Shown in pieces: positions 24,435 to 36,411 of a stretch of 64,000 nt of DNA. Source of the stretch: Dendrobates tinctorius (taxonomy: Eukaryota). Within the stretch, counting starts at the first letter, position 1, and the number at the start of each line of letters is the position of its first letter. The position numbers and the translations under genes are program-made. The notes beneath the pieces are model-generated. The model ran no database searches, had not been told where the DNA came from, and saw nothing but the letters and a program-made list of their open reading frames with translations. The stretch is from assembly GCF_039654945.1 (NCBI RefSeq), contig NW_027361714.1:63612001-63676000 (forward strand), written 5' to 3'.

Positions 24435-25838
24435 CAATGTGATAAAACACTCCGGGATCGCCTTTGCTGGGGTCAAAGGTCACGTGCACTCAGCATGAAA
24501 CTCAGGCGCAGAGCTGGGAATCGGGTATAACTGACCCTGGGTCAGGTTTATTAACGGTGAAAGCAATGCAAAAGGAAATAAAACATAAAACAAATCCTTG
24601 CCTGTCTGGCACTAACTAAACAATGGACAACCTAACTACCAACTGGCGGGCTTCTCCCGTCCAGCCAAACCACAGTTGCAGTGGGCACTGCTTCCACTCA
24701 CGGGTGTCTCTCACACAGACAGGCTCTCTGTGTTCCCAGGCTGAGACACTCACACAACCACCTTGCATCCTTTTATATCCACCTCCCATTATTCATTAGC
24801 AAGCAGGTGCAATACTGACCAGACTAGGCCACATAGGAAAGGAATCTGGGCGAGATATACCTGCCCTCATCCACTATTCCCACCTGATTCTCACACCTGT
24901 ACATATTTTCTATCTATTCATCGCACATGTCTCCTCTGCCGTTTGTTCCCTACAGCCTTCTGATCTTCTTTCAACCCTGGGTGCATGTGTTCTTAGTCTG
25001 TTTCTCAATGCACAGGACTGCGCATGACATAGTTTCTCTTTGGGCTCCTCTTGGCGATCTGCGGCTACAAGTGACTCCACACATGTACACTGGATGTCCA
25101 GTGCATCACCATCACACAGCTGATGATGGACAGTCAGTATTCCCCACCCCTTCCTACTATTTATTCTGGATCGTCTACCTTAAGAGACACAAAATAGCGT
25201 GCTATGGCGTTGTCACTCTGGTTCCCTATTCTCTGACAAACAGCAAGATAGGTAGCTATAAAAGCATAACTGTGGCTTGTTTTCCACTTGTACTTTTATG
25301 CTTGGTTATACTGTGTGGTTTCTCAAACTTTTCTGTTCCCTCTTTGACCTTGCACTCTTTTACGTCTTCACAGATAACCTTACGCATTGATGTTCACTTG
25401 GACAGATAATTCCCCTCTGCCTGACACATACCTTAAGGACAGTACGGTGTTTTCTATTTTACTTTTTCCCTCAGTAGTATCTTGTGTGGCCTTGCTAAAA
25501 TTGACATATGCTCCCCCTGATATCAGTGGTTGGTCAACTCTAAGTGGCTGTACACACACAAAGACCTATTTCCCTTGACATGGATACATGCATGTGTATC
25601 ATTTGATGTATTGAGTGTATCACTTGTTAAGTTGCAGGATATTTACTTGTAATGAAGCATCCCGTTGCTGGAATTTTCTTGACTTTCCATATGAACAAGA
25701 AACAGCGGTTGTGCTATTTTTTCTGTTGCATGCTTTCATGTTATTCATCTTCCTGTTTTCAATTTTGAGACATATCTGTTGTTTTGCATTCCATTCGTTT
25801 TTCATTTCATTTGATTTTCACAATTTTCATGTTTTGTA

Positions 25839-25881
25839 CAGATATCCTTGATAAAGGCCGAAACGTTGGTTTGCAAATCTG
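25839..25881 (+). ncRNA. Hammerhead-like motif of the right PLE arm, helix II collapsed
   Basis: cagat-atcc-TTGATAA-aggcc-GAAA-cGTT-ggtt-tgcaa-atctg; lacks about 9 nt of helix II relative to the left copy. Confidence 0.6.
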
Positions 25882-26039
25882 CCTAACAAGTGTTGGCTCA
25901 ATAAACACAGTGATTCCAAACTTACTCTTATTTGGTGCCAAAGGTTTTTTCTATATTTGGTTATTCTATTTGTCCTTTTGGACACCATTTTTGGGACTGT
26001 GCGGAGCCTTTATTTACAGTTGATATACATGCTGTTTAA

Positions 26040-27160
26040 TCATTTGTTCAAAAATCTTTGCTAGTATAGAAGTAACGGTACCGTTACACTTAAGGATGCA
26101 AGAGCGATCCCGACAACGATAGGACCTTGTCAGGATCGTTGGTGCATCGCTACATGATCGCTGGTGAGCTGCCAAACAGGCAACTTCACCAGTGATCAGT
26201 ACCAGCGAGGACGCTGGTGTCTAAGGTAAATATCAGGTTACTAAGTGGCGCGCGTCACTTAGTTACCCGATGTGTACCTTAGACACCAGCTTGCTCGCGC
26301 CGGGAGCTGCGAGCACGCAGGTATCTAAGATACACATCGGGTAACTAAGTGACGCGCGCAGCTTAGTAACCCGATATTTACCTTAGATACCAGCTCCCAG
26401 TGCCTGCTTAGAGCGCTGGGAGCGTCGCTGATCGTTGGCTCCCGCTGGCACACGTAGCGATGCGCGCTGGCCAGCAGGAGAGCAGCAATCAAAAAATGGC
26501 CCAGGACGATCCTGCATGATCAGCGATACCCGGCAGGGGGACTGGTCGCTGATGTGTGTCACACACAGCAAGATCACTGGCGAGATCGCTGTGGCGTCAC
26601 AAAATCAGGCGTTACTGGCCTGTAATTTTGTGTCTCCATCTTTTTCATTTTTTGAAGATAGGGACAACATGTGCCCTGCTACAATCTTCTGGGACTTCTG
26701 TTCTCCAGAAATTTTCAAAGATTCTGGCTAATAGTTCTGCAATTTCCTCTGTTATCTCTTTCAGTACCCTAACATGTAATTAATCTTGACCAGGAGATTT
26801 AAATTAATTTAAATTAGCTATGTGTTCCCTCACCATCTTTCTGTTTATAAATAGTGTGGATTATTTTATTCCTTTGATAGCATAGTGAAGATCAGTTGAT
26901 ATTAATTTGCTTTCTTAGAGAACACAGATACAAAACAGGAATTTAAGTTTGGCTTCCTCAACTTCATTTTTGACCATCAAGTCCTAAAGCATCTTTGACT
27001 TTTCTTTTGACATACCCCAAGAATTCTTTTTTAATGATTTTGGTCTCATTTGTAAGCCTCTCTTCAATACTGGCTTTAGTTCTTCTAACGCTTGCCCTGC
27101 AGACAGCATTATATTGTTCTTTAGATACAGTATGTCCCCCTATTTCCATTTGATATAGAT
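26040..27160 (-). mobile_element. CR1-type LINE remnant (continuation of 14700-16161)
   Basis: ORF 26964-27149 YNAVCRASVRRTKASIEERL...KKEFLGYVKRK resembles the CR1 ORF2 linker; sequence runs on from 16161 across the PLE insertion. Confidence 0.65.
26076..26605. mobile_element. PIF/Harbinger-type MITE, right end truncated, internal palindrome
   Basis: taa|cggtaccgttacact start; CAGCGAT motifs; inverted ctaaggtaaatatc.ggttactaag / cttagtaacccgatatttaccttag. Confidence 0.7.
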
Positions 27161-27731
27161 TTCTTTTATTTGATCAGCTCTCATCTGCCTCTTCCAGCCA
27201 CAAATTAAATCACAATCTAGACGTGGGGTTTAACATGTTAAATGCTGCTGTAAGTCTTTGACAGTGGCATGTAACTCACACCCATCAGAAACGCATCTCA
27301 AGACATGTCCATCAGCTCCCCTGTCACGTGATAGCGGGGTGCCGATGGGTTGCCATGACAGCCATAGTTCTGCAGAAGACCCCCATGCTTGTCACTGCAG
27401 ATGATGATTTCTGCTAAACATAACAGGGCTTCAGTAGAAAAAAAACATGTTTTAAAAAATATTTTAAAAAATATATAACATTCAAACGCAATAACAGGCG
27501 ATCAAAACATTGCATGTACCCCAAAATTGTAACAATAAAAAGGTCACCTCAGCACACAAAATACATATTTGGTATCTGAAAACTTGTAATGATCTGGAGA
27601 ATCATAATGGTAGGTCAGTTTTAGCATTTAGTGAACACGGTAAATAAAAAATGTTAAAAAACATTGTGGGACTGCACTTTTTCCAATTTCACTGCACTTG
27701 GAATTTTTTTTACCATTTTTCCAGTACATTT

Positions 27732-29325
27732 CAGTGGGGAAAAAAATTATTTAGTCAGCCACCAATTGTGCAAGTTTGCCCACTTAGAAAGATGAGAGAG
27801 GCCTGTAATTGACATCATAGGTAGACCACAACTATGAGAGTCAAAATGAGAAAACAAATCAATAAATCACCTTGTCTGATTTGGCAACATTTATTTTGCA
27901 AATTATGGTGGAACATAAGTATCTGGTCACCTAAATACATGCAAGATTTCTGGCTCTTACAGACCTGTAACTTCTTCTTTAAGAGGCTCCTCTGTCCTCC
28001 ACTCATTACCTGTAGTAACGGCACCTGTTTGAGCTTGTTATTAGTATAAAAGACACCTGTCCACAACCTCAAACAGTTACACTTCAAACTCCACTATGGT
28101 GAAGACCAAAGGGCTGTTGAAGGACACCAGAAGCAAAATTGTAGCACTGCAACAGGCTGGGAAGAATGAATCTGCAATAGGCAAGCAGCTTGGTGTGATG
28201 AAATCAACTGTGGGAGCAATAATAAGAAAATGGAAAACATACAAGACAACTGATAATATCCCTCGATATGGGGCTCCGCGCAAGATGTCACCCCATGGGG
28301 TCAAAATGATCAGAAGAACGGTGAGCAAAAATCCAAGAACCACACGGGGGGACCTAGTGAATGACCTGCATAGAGCCCGGACTACCGTAACAAAGGCTAT
28401 CATCAGTAACACACTATGCCGCCAGGGAATCAGATCATGCAGTGCCAGACATGTCCCCCTGCTTAAGCCAGGACATGTCTGGGCCCCCCTGAAGTTTGCT
28501 AGAGAGCATTTGGATTATCCAGAAGAGTATTGGGAGAATGTCATATGGTCTGATGAAACCAAAGTAGAACTGTTTGATAGAAACAAAACTCGTCATGTTT
28601 GGAGGAGACAGAATGCTCGGTTGCATCCAAAGAACACCATACCTATTGTGAAGCATGGGGGTGGCAACATCATTCTTTAGGTCTGTTTCTTTGCAAAGGG
28701 ACCAGGACGACTGATCCATGTACATGAAAGAATGAATGGGACCATGTATCGTGAGATTTTAAGTGCAAACTTCTTTCCATCAGCAAGGGCATTGAAGATG
28801 AAATGTGGATGGGTCTTTCAGTATGATAATGTTCCCTAGCACACCGCCAGGGCAATGAAGGAGTGGCTTCATAAGAAGCATATGAAGGTCCTGGAGTGGC
28901 CTAGCCAGTCTCCAGATCTCAGCCCCATAGAAAACCTTTGGACGGATTTGAAAATCTGTGTTGCCTAGCGACAAGTCCAAAACATCACTGCTCTAGAGGA
29001 GATCTGCATGGAGGAATGGGCCAACATACCACCAACAGTGTGTGACAACCTTGTGAAAACTTACATAAAAACTTATACCTCTGTCATTGCCAATAAAGGA
29101 TATATAACAAAATATTGAGATGAACTTTTGTTAATGATCAAATACTTATTTTCCACCATAGTTTGAAAAATAAATCTTGCCAAATCAGACAAGGTGATTT
29201 TCTGGATTTGTTTTCTCATTTTTACTCTCATAGTTGTGGTCTAACTATGATGTCAATTACAGGCTTCTCTTATCTGGGAGAACTTGCACAATTGATGGCT
29301 GACTAAATACTTTTTTTCTCCACTG
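27732..29325 (+). mobile_element. Tc1 transposon, older decayed relative of the 36412 and 53027 copies
   Basis: cagtgggga...tccactg TIRs; ORF 28096-28680 [23 protein letters not shown] truncated by stops. Confidence 0.92.
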
Positions 29326-29793
29326 TATATACAGTAATAAAATAAATGGTGTTGTTCAAAAATACGATTCATCCCGCAAAAAACAAGCCCTCACACGGAT
29401 ACATTAATGGAAAAATGAAAATAAGTTATGGCTCTGGGAAGAAGGGGAGCAAAAAAAAAAACAAAACAGAAAAACAGAAAAGGGCAAGGTTGTGAATGGG
29501 TTAAAAGGCCCTCGTAAAGACGGTCAATTAAATACTTTTCTGAAATTTGGATCCCACACTGCCTTTTTAAGAGCCAACGTAGACTGAAAAAAACAACAAA
29601 ACATTTATTATGCTTACTTATTTAATGCCATCAGATTCACAGCACTTTACAGTCTGTTGTTAACAAACCCCAGAAAAAAATACACACTTTCATTAATTGC
29701 TGTCATTTAAGTTGATCAAATAAATGAAGAAATCTGTATTTTACTCCATCAATAAGGTTATATTCTCTCACCCAATACCTGTAAAAAAAATGA

Positions 29794-30015
<222 letters not shown>

Positions 30016-32238
30016 TAGCTAAGAGGCCATTCACTTCTCTATGTACCTTATCTGGATGTACAGCTAGATGCACAGCTCGGCCCCACAATTATTAGCCATC
30101 ATACAATCCCACAGTAAACAAGTCTACATTAAAGGATTTAAAAATCACTAAGCAGTAGCACCATTAGACCACGTAAAACCGCTTGTGGTCCGAAGCGTAA
30201 AATGTGATGATGTCAGGCGCCACCTGCTGGTATATGAAAATGCTACTTATGTAATCCCTTCAGCCTTTATTGACAACTTTTTCCAACTTTCAGGTTAAGG
30301 GTAAAGTTTTAAGCGAAGTTTTGAACAGATTCTGTTACAAAGACTCTGTGAATAAGTTTCCTATTCATTTCAATGGGAAAGCATGACTACAGAGAACATG
30401 GTTCTGTTTTTATTTCCCACATGGAAAAAACAACATAATTTCTTGAAGTGTTTTACAAAAAAAAAACCTCTCCAAATATTACTACAGAATCAATAAAAAA
30501 ACCACACGAAAATCATTTTAAAATAAAAACAAACTCCAAAAACCTTGAAAAAAATGCAGTTCTGAATTTGGATTATTCATAAAACTCCACATCAAAAACC
30601 CCGTATGATCTTACCTTTACTTCTTTTTATACATATAGTCAAGTTTTTCCATTGAAATTAATAGAAAGCCTATTCAAAATGGGTTTTCATGTGAAAAAAA
30701 AGTCTACTCCAAAATCCATGTAAAAAAAGAAGTGTGAACATATATTAAAAGGTCATATACTTTTGACTGGTTGCTGCAAATCAGTGGTTGCTAGCGTTAA
30801 AGATGCCTAAATATAATATGTTTTATGTATGTACCACCATTGAACAAATTTTTACATTTTTTAACGTGTCTTGAGAATATGTTGTACTACCTACCTTAAA
30901 ACCAGAGGACAGCTTGTCGAAAGACACCTAAGTGAAAGCTTTGATGAGATCTTATAATGTCTTTACACAGGAAGGTTAGAAGCAGACATGAGCAAATTGA
31001 TTATAGAGTAACTGATTTTGCTATGAATTTCCACAAATATTCAATTATAACAAAACAAATTTGATTTGTATGAATCTAAAAAAATGTCAGCCATCTGCCT
31101 GTAAAATGTTATACTCTTCTCTCCTCGCCTCCTACCTGTACCGCTGCCACAGCTCCCCACCCGTCCATATGATCACTCCTCTTTGGCCTTCTAATTCTTT
31201 TGGGTTTCCTGATGACTGTCACTACTCAGGGGAGTATTTTGGGGGGGCAGGTGGGGCATCTGCCCTGGGTTGTCAAACTGACTGCCGTCTCCCAATGAAA
31301 ATGGAGATTTGGTGTGGGGAAAGGACTGAGGGTGGGGGAGATTTAGCATAACAGGGTGGGGAAGATTTAGTGTAGTGGAGGAAATTTGAAGACAAGTTTG
31401 GAGAGCAAGGAAGGGACAGGTGCAGACACAATATGGGAATCAGGAGAAATTTGAAGACAGCATGAAAAGCAAGAGGTGAGATGAGGGGCAGGTATGAAGA
31501 AACAGAAAGTGAGTGAGGAAGATGGGTGCAGACACAGTATGGTGAGTGAGGCGATTGATGCAGACACAGAATGGGGACGATAGGCACGAACACAGTATGG
31601 GGAGCTAGTGGGGTATGGGTACAGACATAGTATGAGTAATGAGGAGAGAAAAGTATGCAGACACAGTATGGGGAGCAAAGTTGATTGGATGTGTGCTGAC
31701 ACAGTATGGGGTGCAAGCATCATGGAAGGTGTGCAAACACAGCATGGGGAGTCAGGGGGATGTATGAGGAGGCCAGTATGAAGAGTGAAGGGTTAAATAC
31801 ATGATGACACAGTATTGTTAGCAGGGGGGATGTGAGAGGAGACAGTATGAGGAGGGGGAAATGTATGAGGAGTCTATTGAGGGAAATAGGATGAGAAGAT
31901 AGTATAGGGGAGAAAGGTGTGAATGGGCACAGAATAAAGACTGAGTAGTGTGGGAGTGTAGCATGGTAGTACAGTGTAAGGGCACAGCCAAGAGGGTACA
32001 GTATGCCAAGGTGGGGGAGTTTGATGAGGGGGAACAATATAGAGACTGGGTAGGGGGACACAGTGTGAAAGGTGAAGAGGGAGCCCAGTATGGAAAGGAG
32101 GGAGCAGTGTGCAGGGCATGTATCATAAGAGGGATAGTGTGGGAGTTAAATTTTATAAAGGGGCAATTATTTATTTAGGGGCTTAGCATAGGGCTGATAT
32201 TTTTATTCAGGAGCATTATAATGACACTGCTATTATTA

Positions 32239-32432
32239 GGTCGGGATCACACATGCGAGAAACACGGCCGAGTCTCGCATGTTAATACCCGGCACTGCCG
32301 CCGGCACTCGGAAGCAGAGCGTGTGGCTGAATATATGCTATGGAGCCACACACTCCGATCCGAGTGTCGGTGGCAGTGCCGGGTATTAACATGGGAGCCT
32401 CGACTGTGTTTCTCGCATGTGTGATCCCGGCC
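32239..32432. mobile_element. Foldback MITE (PIF/Harbinger type)
   Basis: Almost entirely palindromic (ggtcgggatcacacatgcgagaaacac...gtgtttctcgcatgtgtgatcccggcc); TTA on both sides. Confidence 0.85.
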
Positions 32433-32651
32433 TTAAGGGTATCGTGTGGGGATGTGCTGCACAAGACCAGAGAAGGTGGAAGTCTGATGATCTGTGAATG
32501 AGAAAAGTCATCATGGAGTCTGGACAAGATGAACAAAAGAAAGATAATGACTGCAATCAGAGGCAAAGCCATCTATCAGGTACCTGGATGTAAATGTTTT
32601 TTTTGTGATACTCACCAATTCTCATATTTGTATTTATGTTAGGAGCATTAA

Positions 32652-33010
32652 AAGGATTGTCCAGGTTTGTGATTAGTCTGCAGTCATTCTGTGACTGCAG
32701 ACTTCTGATATCTCACAGTGCGCTCTGCACCGTGTCAGGATTCTCTGGTGCTGGCGATTTGCAAACATACAGTCATGTGCTGAATAGACATGTGTGGCCC
32801 CACTAACTGAAAATGGACTGAGCGATGCCGGACACATCCAGTCGGAATGTGGCTAGAAGTATACAAATCTCATACTAGTGCTGACATGACCGTCCACTCT
32901 TGCAGTAAGGAAGAATCCTAAAAGTACGCAGTGCATGCGATGTGGAAATTCAAAAGCCTGCAGTCACAAAGACTAACTGCAGACTTTCATCTCAAACCAT
33001 GACAAGCCTT
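32652..33010. mobile_element. TTAA-targeting (Kolobok/T2-type) MITE
   Basis: TTAA|aaggattgtccagg...catgacaagcctt|TTAA with internal inverted agtctgcagtca / tgactgcagact motifs; related fragment at about 61490-61680. Confidence 0.65.
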
Positions 33011-35008
33011 TTAATTATAAAATGAAGCCCTGCAGGCAATCCTAACAATGTGTAATATACTCACTGTCATGACTCAGCTCTGCTTGCAGGTTCCAGCAGC
33101 CATCACATACAGAACTCCACTCATATGCGATTTTCATACTTACAGTCACATGGCAACTAGCTTCTCTTCTTACTTCTCTCAGTTTTTCGCTGAACATTGA
33201 GAGAATTAGGGAAAGCAGCTCATCAGCACGACTAAGGCCAGCATCACACACAATGTATAAAAAAATCGGTACATTTTACATGGACAAGAATCGCAGAAAT
33301 GTTCCCTGAACAGTGATCCATATGTCATCCGTATGCAATGCGAGGATGCGATTTTCTCACATCTAAGCATCCGTGTGACTTTCCTATGGCGAGATTTTCT
33401 CGTTGGCTTGCAAAATGGACATATAATGGATCCCGAAAAATCATGAATAAAAAATGTGGAAGCCTATTTAATGGCTCCACAAGTTCCATCCTACAAGCGA
33501 AAAAAATTGTATGGGCTGCTGCGCAATTTTCTTCGCCTGAGAGGGAAAGCCGACGGCCAGGTCTGATATTTGTAGCTTGGGAAGGGGTCAATACCCATGG
33601 ATCTTCTCAGGCTATGAATATCTTCCTGCAGCTGTATATTTAGCCTTTACTGGCTATTCTAATACAGAGACCCCCCCAAAAAAATGGTGTGGGGTCCCCC
33701 TATAATTAATAGCCAGAAATGCTACGCAGACAGCTGCGGGCTGATATTCATATCCTAGGAAGGGGCCATGGATATTGACCCCTGACTACAAATACCAGCA
33801 CCCAGCTGCCCCAGAAAAGATGCATCTATAAGATGCGCCAATTCTGGCACTTAGCCTCTCTCATCCCACTGCTGTGTAGGGGAGACATATGGGGTAATAA
33901 GGGGTTAATGTCACCTTGCTGTTGTAAGGTGACATTAAGCCCAGTTAATAATGGAGAGGTGTCAATAAGACACCAATCTATTATTAATCCAATAGTATGA
34001 AAGGGTTAAAAAACCACACACAATAAGAATAAAGTCTTTTTATGAAATAATTAAACACACGGGTTTGCCATCTTTATTCAACTCCCAATCTAAGAGAAGC
34101 ACTCGTTCTCCTGTAAAAAAAATTTAAAATAAAAATGCAACAATATACCATACCTGTCCACCGTACAGTCAAGTCCCACACTGCAATCCTTCCACCAGGG
34201 TAATAGTTTACAACGGGAGCGGTGCTAATGCTACCACCCGGGCTGTAAACCACTGTGTAATGAATGAAAAGCTGCCTGCGCAGCCTCTCCGCCTGACTGG
34301 ACATGAACTCTTTAGTGTGGGAAAGTTTCTGAACTTTTTCCCACGCTGCCGAGTTCACCTCAGGTCAGGTGGGGCCGCTGCGCAGCCACAGTGACGTCAG
34401 CGGTAGTACATAATAGATACATAATCTCTACACTTATGTATTTTTTGTATGTTTATTTTCTATGTAAATTTTCTATATCATGGGGCCTAATCAACGGCAG
34501 CATCAAAAGAAAGAGGATGGCGAAATGAACAGAAGGAAAATATGGCCAAAGAGGAGTTGATAGGAACAAAGGGGAGCAAAGTGGGAAGGCCAAGGAGCAG
34601 TTAGTATAAGAATACATATTTTTTACTTATTCCCTCAAGATTCGATTCACATCAAGGTTATAAGATTCTGATCGAATTGAGTGAATTTGATCGAATAGAA
34701 ATTAGGAAGACTAGCTCAGCTCTAGTTATTGGACTAAATTCTATTCAACTGTCTTTATTTAAACAGGAAATCTTAGAATATTTGACTTCAGAAGCCAGGA
34801 GAATTTTAAATACAGTTCCGGAGAGACATAATTGCCTTTTATTTTGTAAATGAAGATTAGAATAGGCAACAGTGACAATTGTCCATCTTTGTCTTTTATG
34901 TATGGATTTACATGTGGTAACCCACACCAAGGCATTTCTCTATTAATAATAATGATAAATAGTGAGCCTGACCTTGGAATTAAAAATGTGACTGTATCTG
35001 TATTGCAG

Positions 35009-35086
35009 GCTGCTGCACGTCATGAGTCACTCACCAGTCTGAACCTAGCCAAGAAAGAAAAGTGGCGTAAAGAAGCAGAAAAGTAA
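35009..35086 (+). CDS. FAM162B: FAM162B last coding exon
   Basis: Acceptor tattgcag|; encodes AAARHESLTSLNLAKKEKWRKEAEK-stop (FAM162 C-terminal RHESLTSxNLAKK motif); phase 0 matches the previous exon. Confidence 0.9.
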   Translation, partial: AAARHESLTSLNLAKKEKWRKEAEK

Positions 35087-35467
35087 ACTTGGAATTTGTG
35101 CAACAGATCGTGATAAATAGAAAAAATAATCCTGAATATAGCACAACTTTATAATCAGATTCAATATTGCAACTTATAAAAGTATTTCTGGTATCTACAT
35201 ATTTAGGATCAATGATATATTCACTCTTCAAAGCTCATTGGGTATACTTCCACTATGCACAATGTAAAACTGTACTTTTCTACAATTAAAGTGTGCTGAC
35301 CATTATTAGTTTTTGTTTGTAAACCCATAGTACATGTAAATATGTCAAACTGTGTAATATATCTAATTAAGTGTAAGTAGCACTTCTCTCCATCCAGCAG
35401 CCTGCAGTTCCCAGTTTTCAACCTGCCTCCCTTCAGATACCATTGAAAAACTTTACCCATTACACAC

Positions 35468-35473
35468 AATAAA
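35468..35473 (+). terminator. Candidate FAM162B poly(A) signal (AATAAA; alternative ATTAAA at 35285)
   Basis: First AATAAA seen downstream of the stop codon in an AT-rich putative 3' UTR. Confidence 0.35.
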
Positions 35474-36411
35474 TAGATGACCGGAAAAAAACCAGAAACT
35501 TGACATACGGTATATTGTATACTGGGTATTATTATTTATTTTTAGAGCACCATTACATACAAAATACAAAAAAAACACAATGAACAAACTAACAAAACAC
35601 TAAATATGCATATGCATTTTTTTACCTACAGATTTTCATTGTCTCATTCAATTCAATGGGGAAAAATGATGTACCGCAGATCAGTGCCATAAATCCTTTT
35701 CGCTTTGCTGGAATTGTAATAAGCGTAAAAAATTCACCAAATACAACATGTATCCTTTATAGCCTATGACCCTACTCACATGTCGTTTTTTTTCACAAAC
35801 CGTGTGTCCATGCAGCATGGATGAAAAGTGCCAACAAGTCTATTTGTCTATCAAAAACACATACAGCACACGGATGTCATCAATGTACAGTCATGTACTG
35901 TCCGTATTTCTCATTGCGAGGCTCTGTAATTTCCTTATTCATGCGTGAAAAATACCAATGACACTCAGATCTTAAACACCGATGACATTTCCACTATTTT
36001 TTGTATATGTGAAAAAAATGTTGACATCTGAATAAGGACTTACTGGATATTTTTGTCCATCCACACTGTTAAAGGTCTCTTTTAGACATTAGTATTTTTC
36101 ACATGTGCAAAAAATTTGCATGCAGTGTTTTGTCGTTATGTGGCCAGTGTTTTCCATGTGTCCATTGTAATAAATTACAAAGCTTCTTCTATCCTTTACA
36201 ATGCTAAACACAGAGAGGGCACAGATGTGTTTGTCACAGAACCATAGACTTATACTGGTACTATTCATCCGTGCTGTCAGTGAAAAGACAAATTTGTCTC
36301 CATGAGTTTTGCAAGGACACAAGGTCCATAAAAAAAACACGTACGTGTGATTAATGCCCTAGACTATAGTGGGTATGGGTTCTATCCGTAAAAACATGGA
36401 TAGAACACATA

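Larger units (their letters stand above)
19672..24895 (-). mobile_element. Full-length Gypsy/Ty3 LTR retrotransposon, Gmr1-like (integrase before RT)
   Basis: LTRs 24438-24895 (5') and 19672-20136 (3') with TG...CA ends, differing by about 5 substitutions and a 7-bp indel; PBS 24417-24434; PPT agagggggggata next to 20136; gag-pol in three ORF pieces. Confidence 0.95.
16162..26025 (-). mobile_element. Penelope-like element (RT + Cys linker + GIY-YIG) with inverted pseudo-LTR arms
   Basis: Left arm (about 16162-17900) is the reverse complement of the right arm (about 19310-19671 + 24896-25960). A decayed ORF lies between them; each arm has a hammerhead motif; tacctgctgtttaa / tacatgctgtttaa is duplicated at the ends. 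Confidence 0.85.

Noticed and set aside
31273-32180. Several overlapping 80-150 aa ORFs
   Set aside because: They arise from degenerate purine-rich gacacagtatgggg minisatellite sequence.
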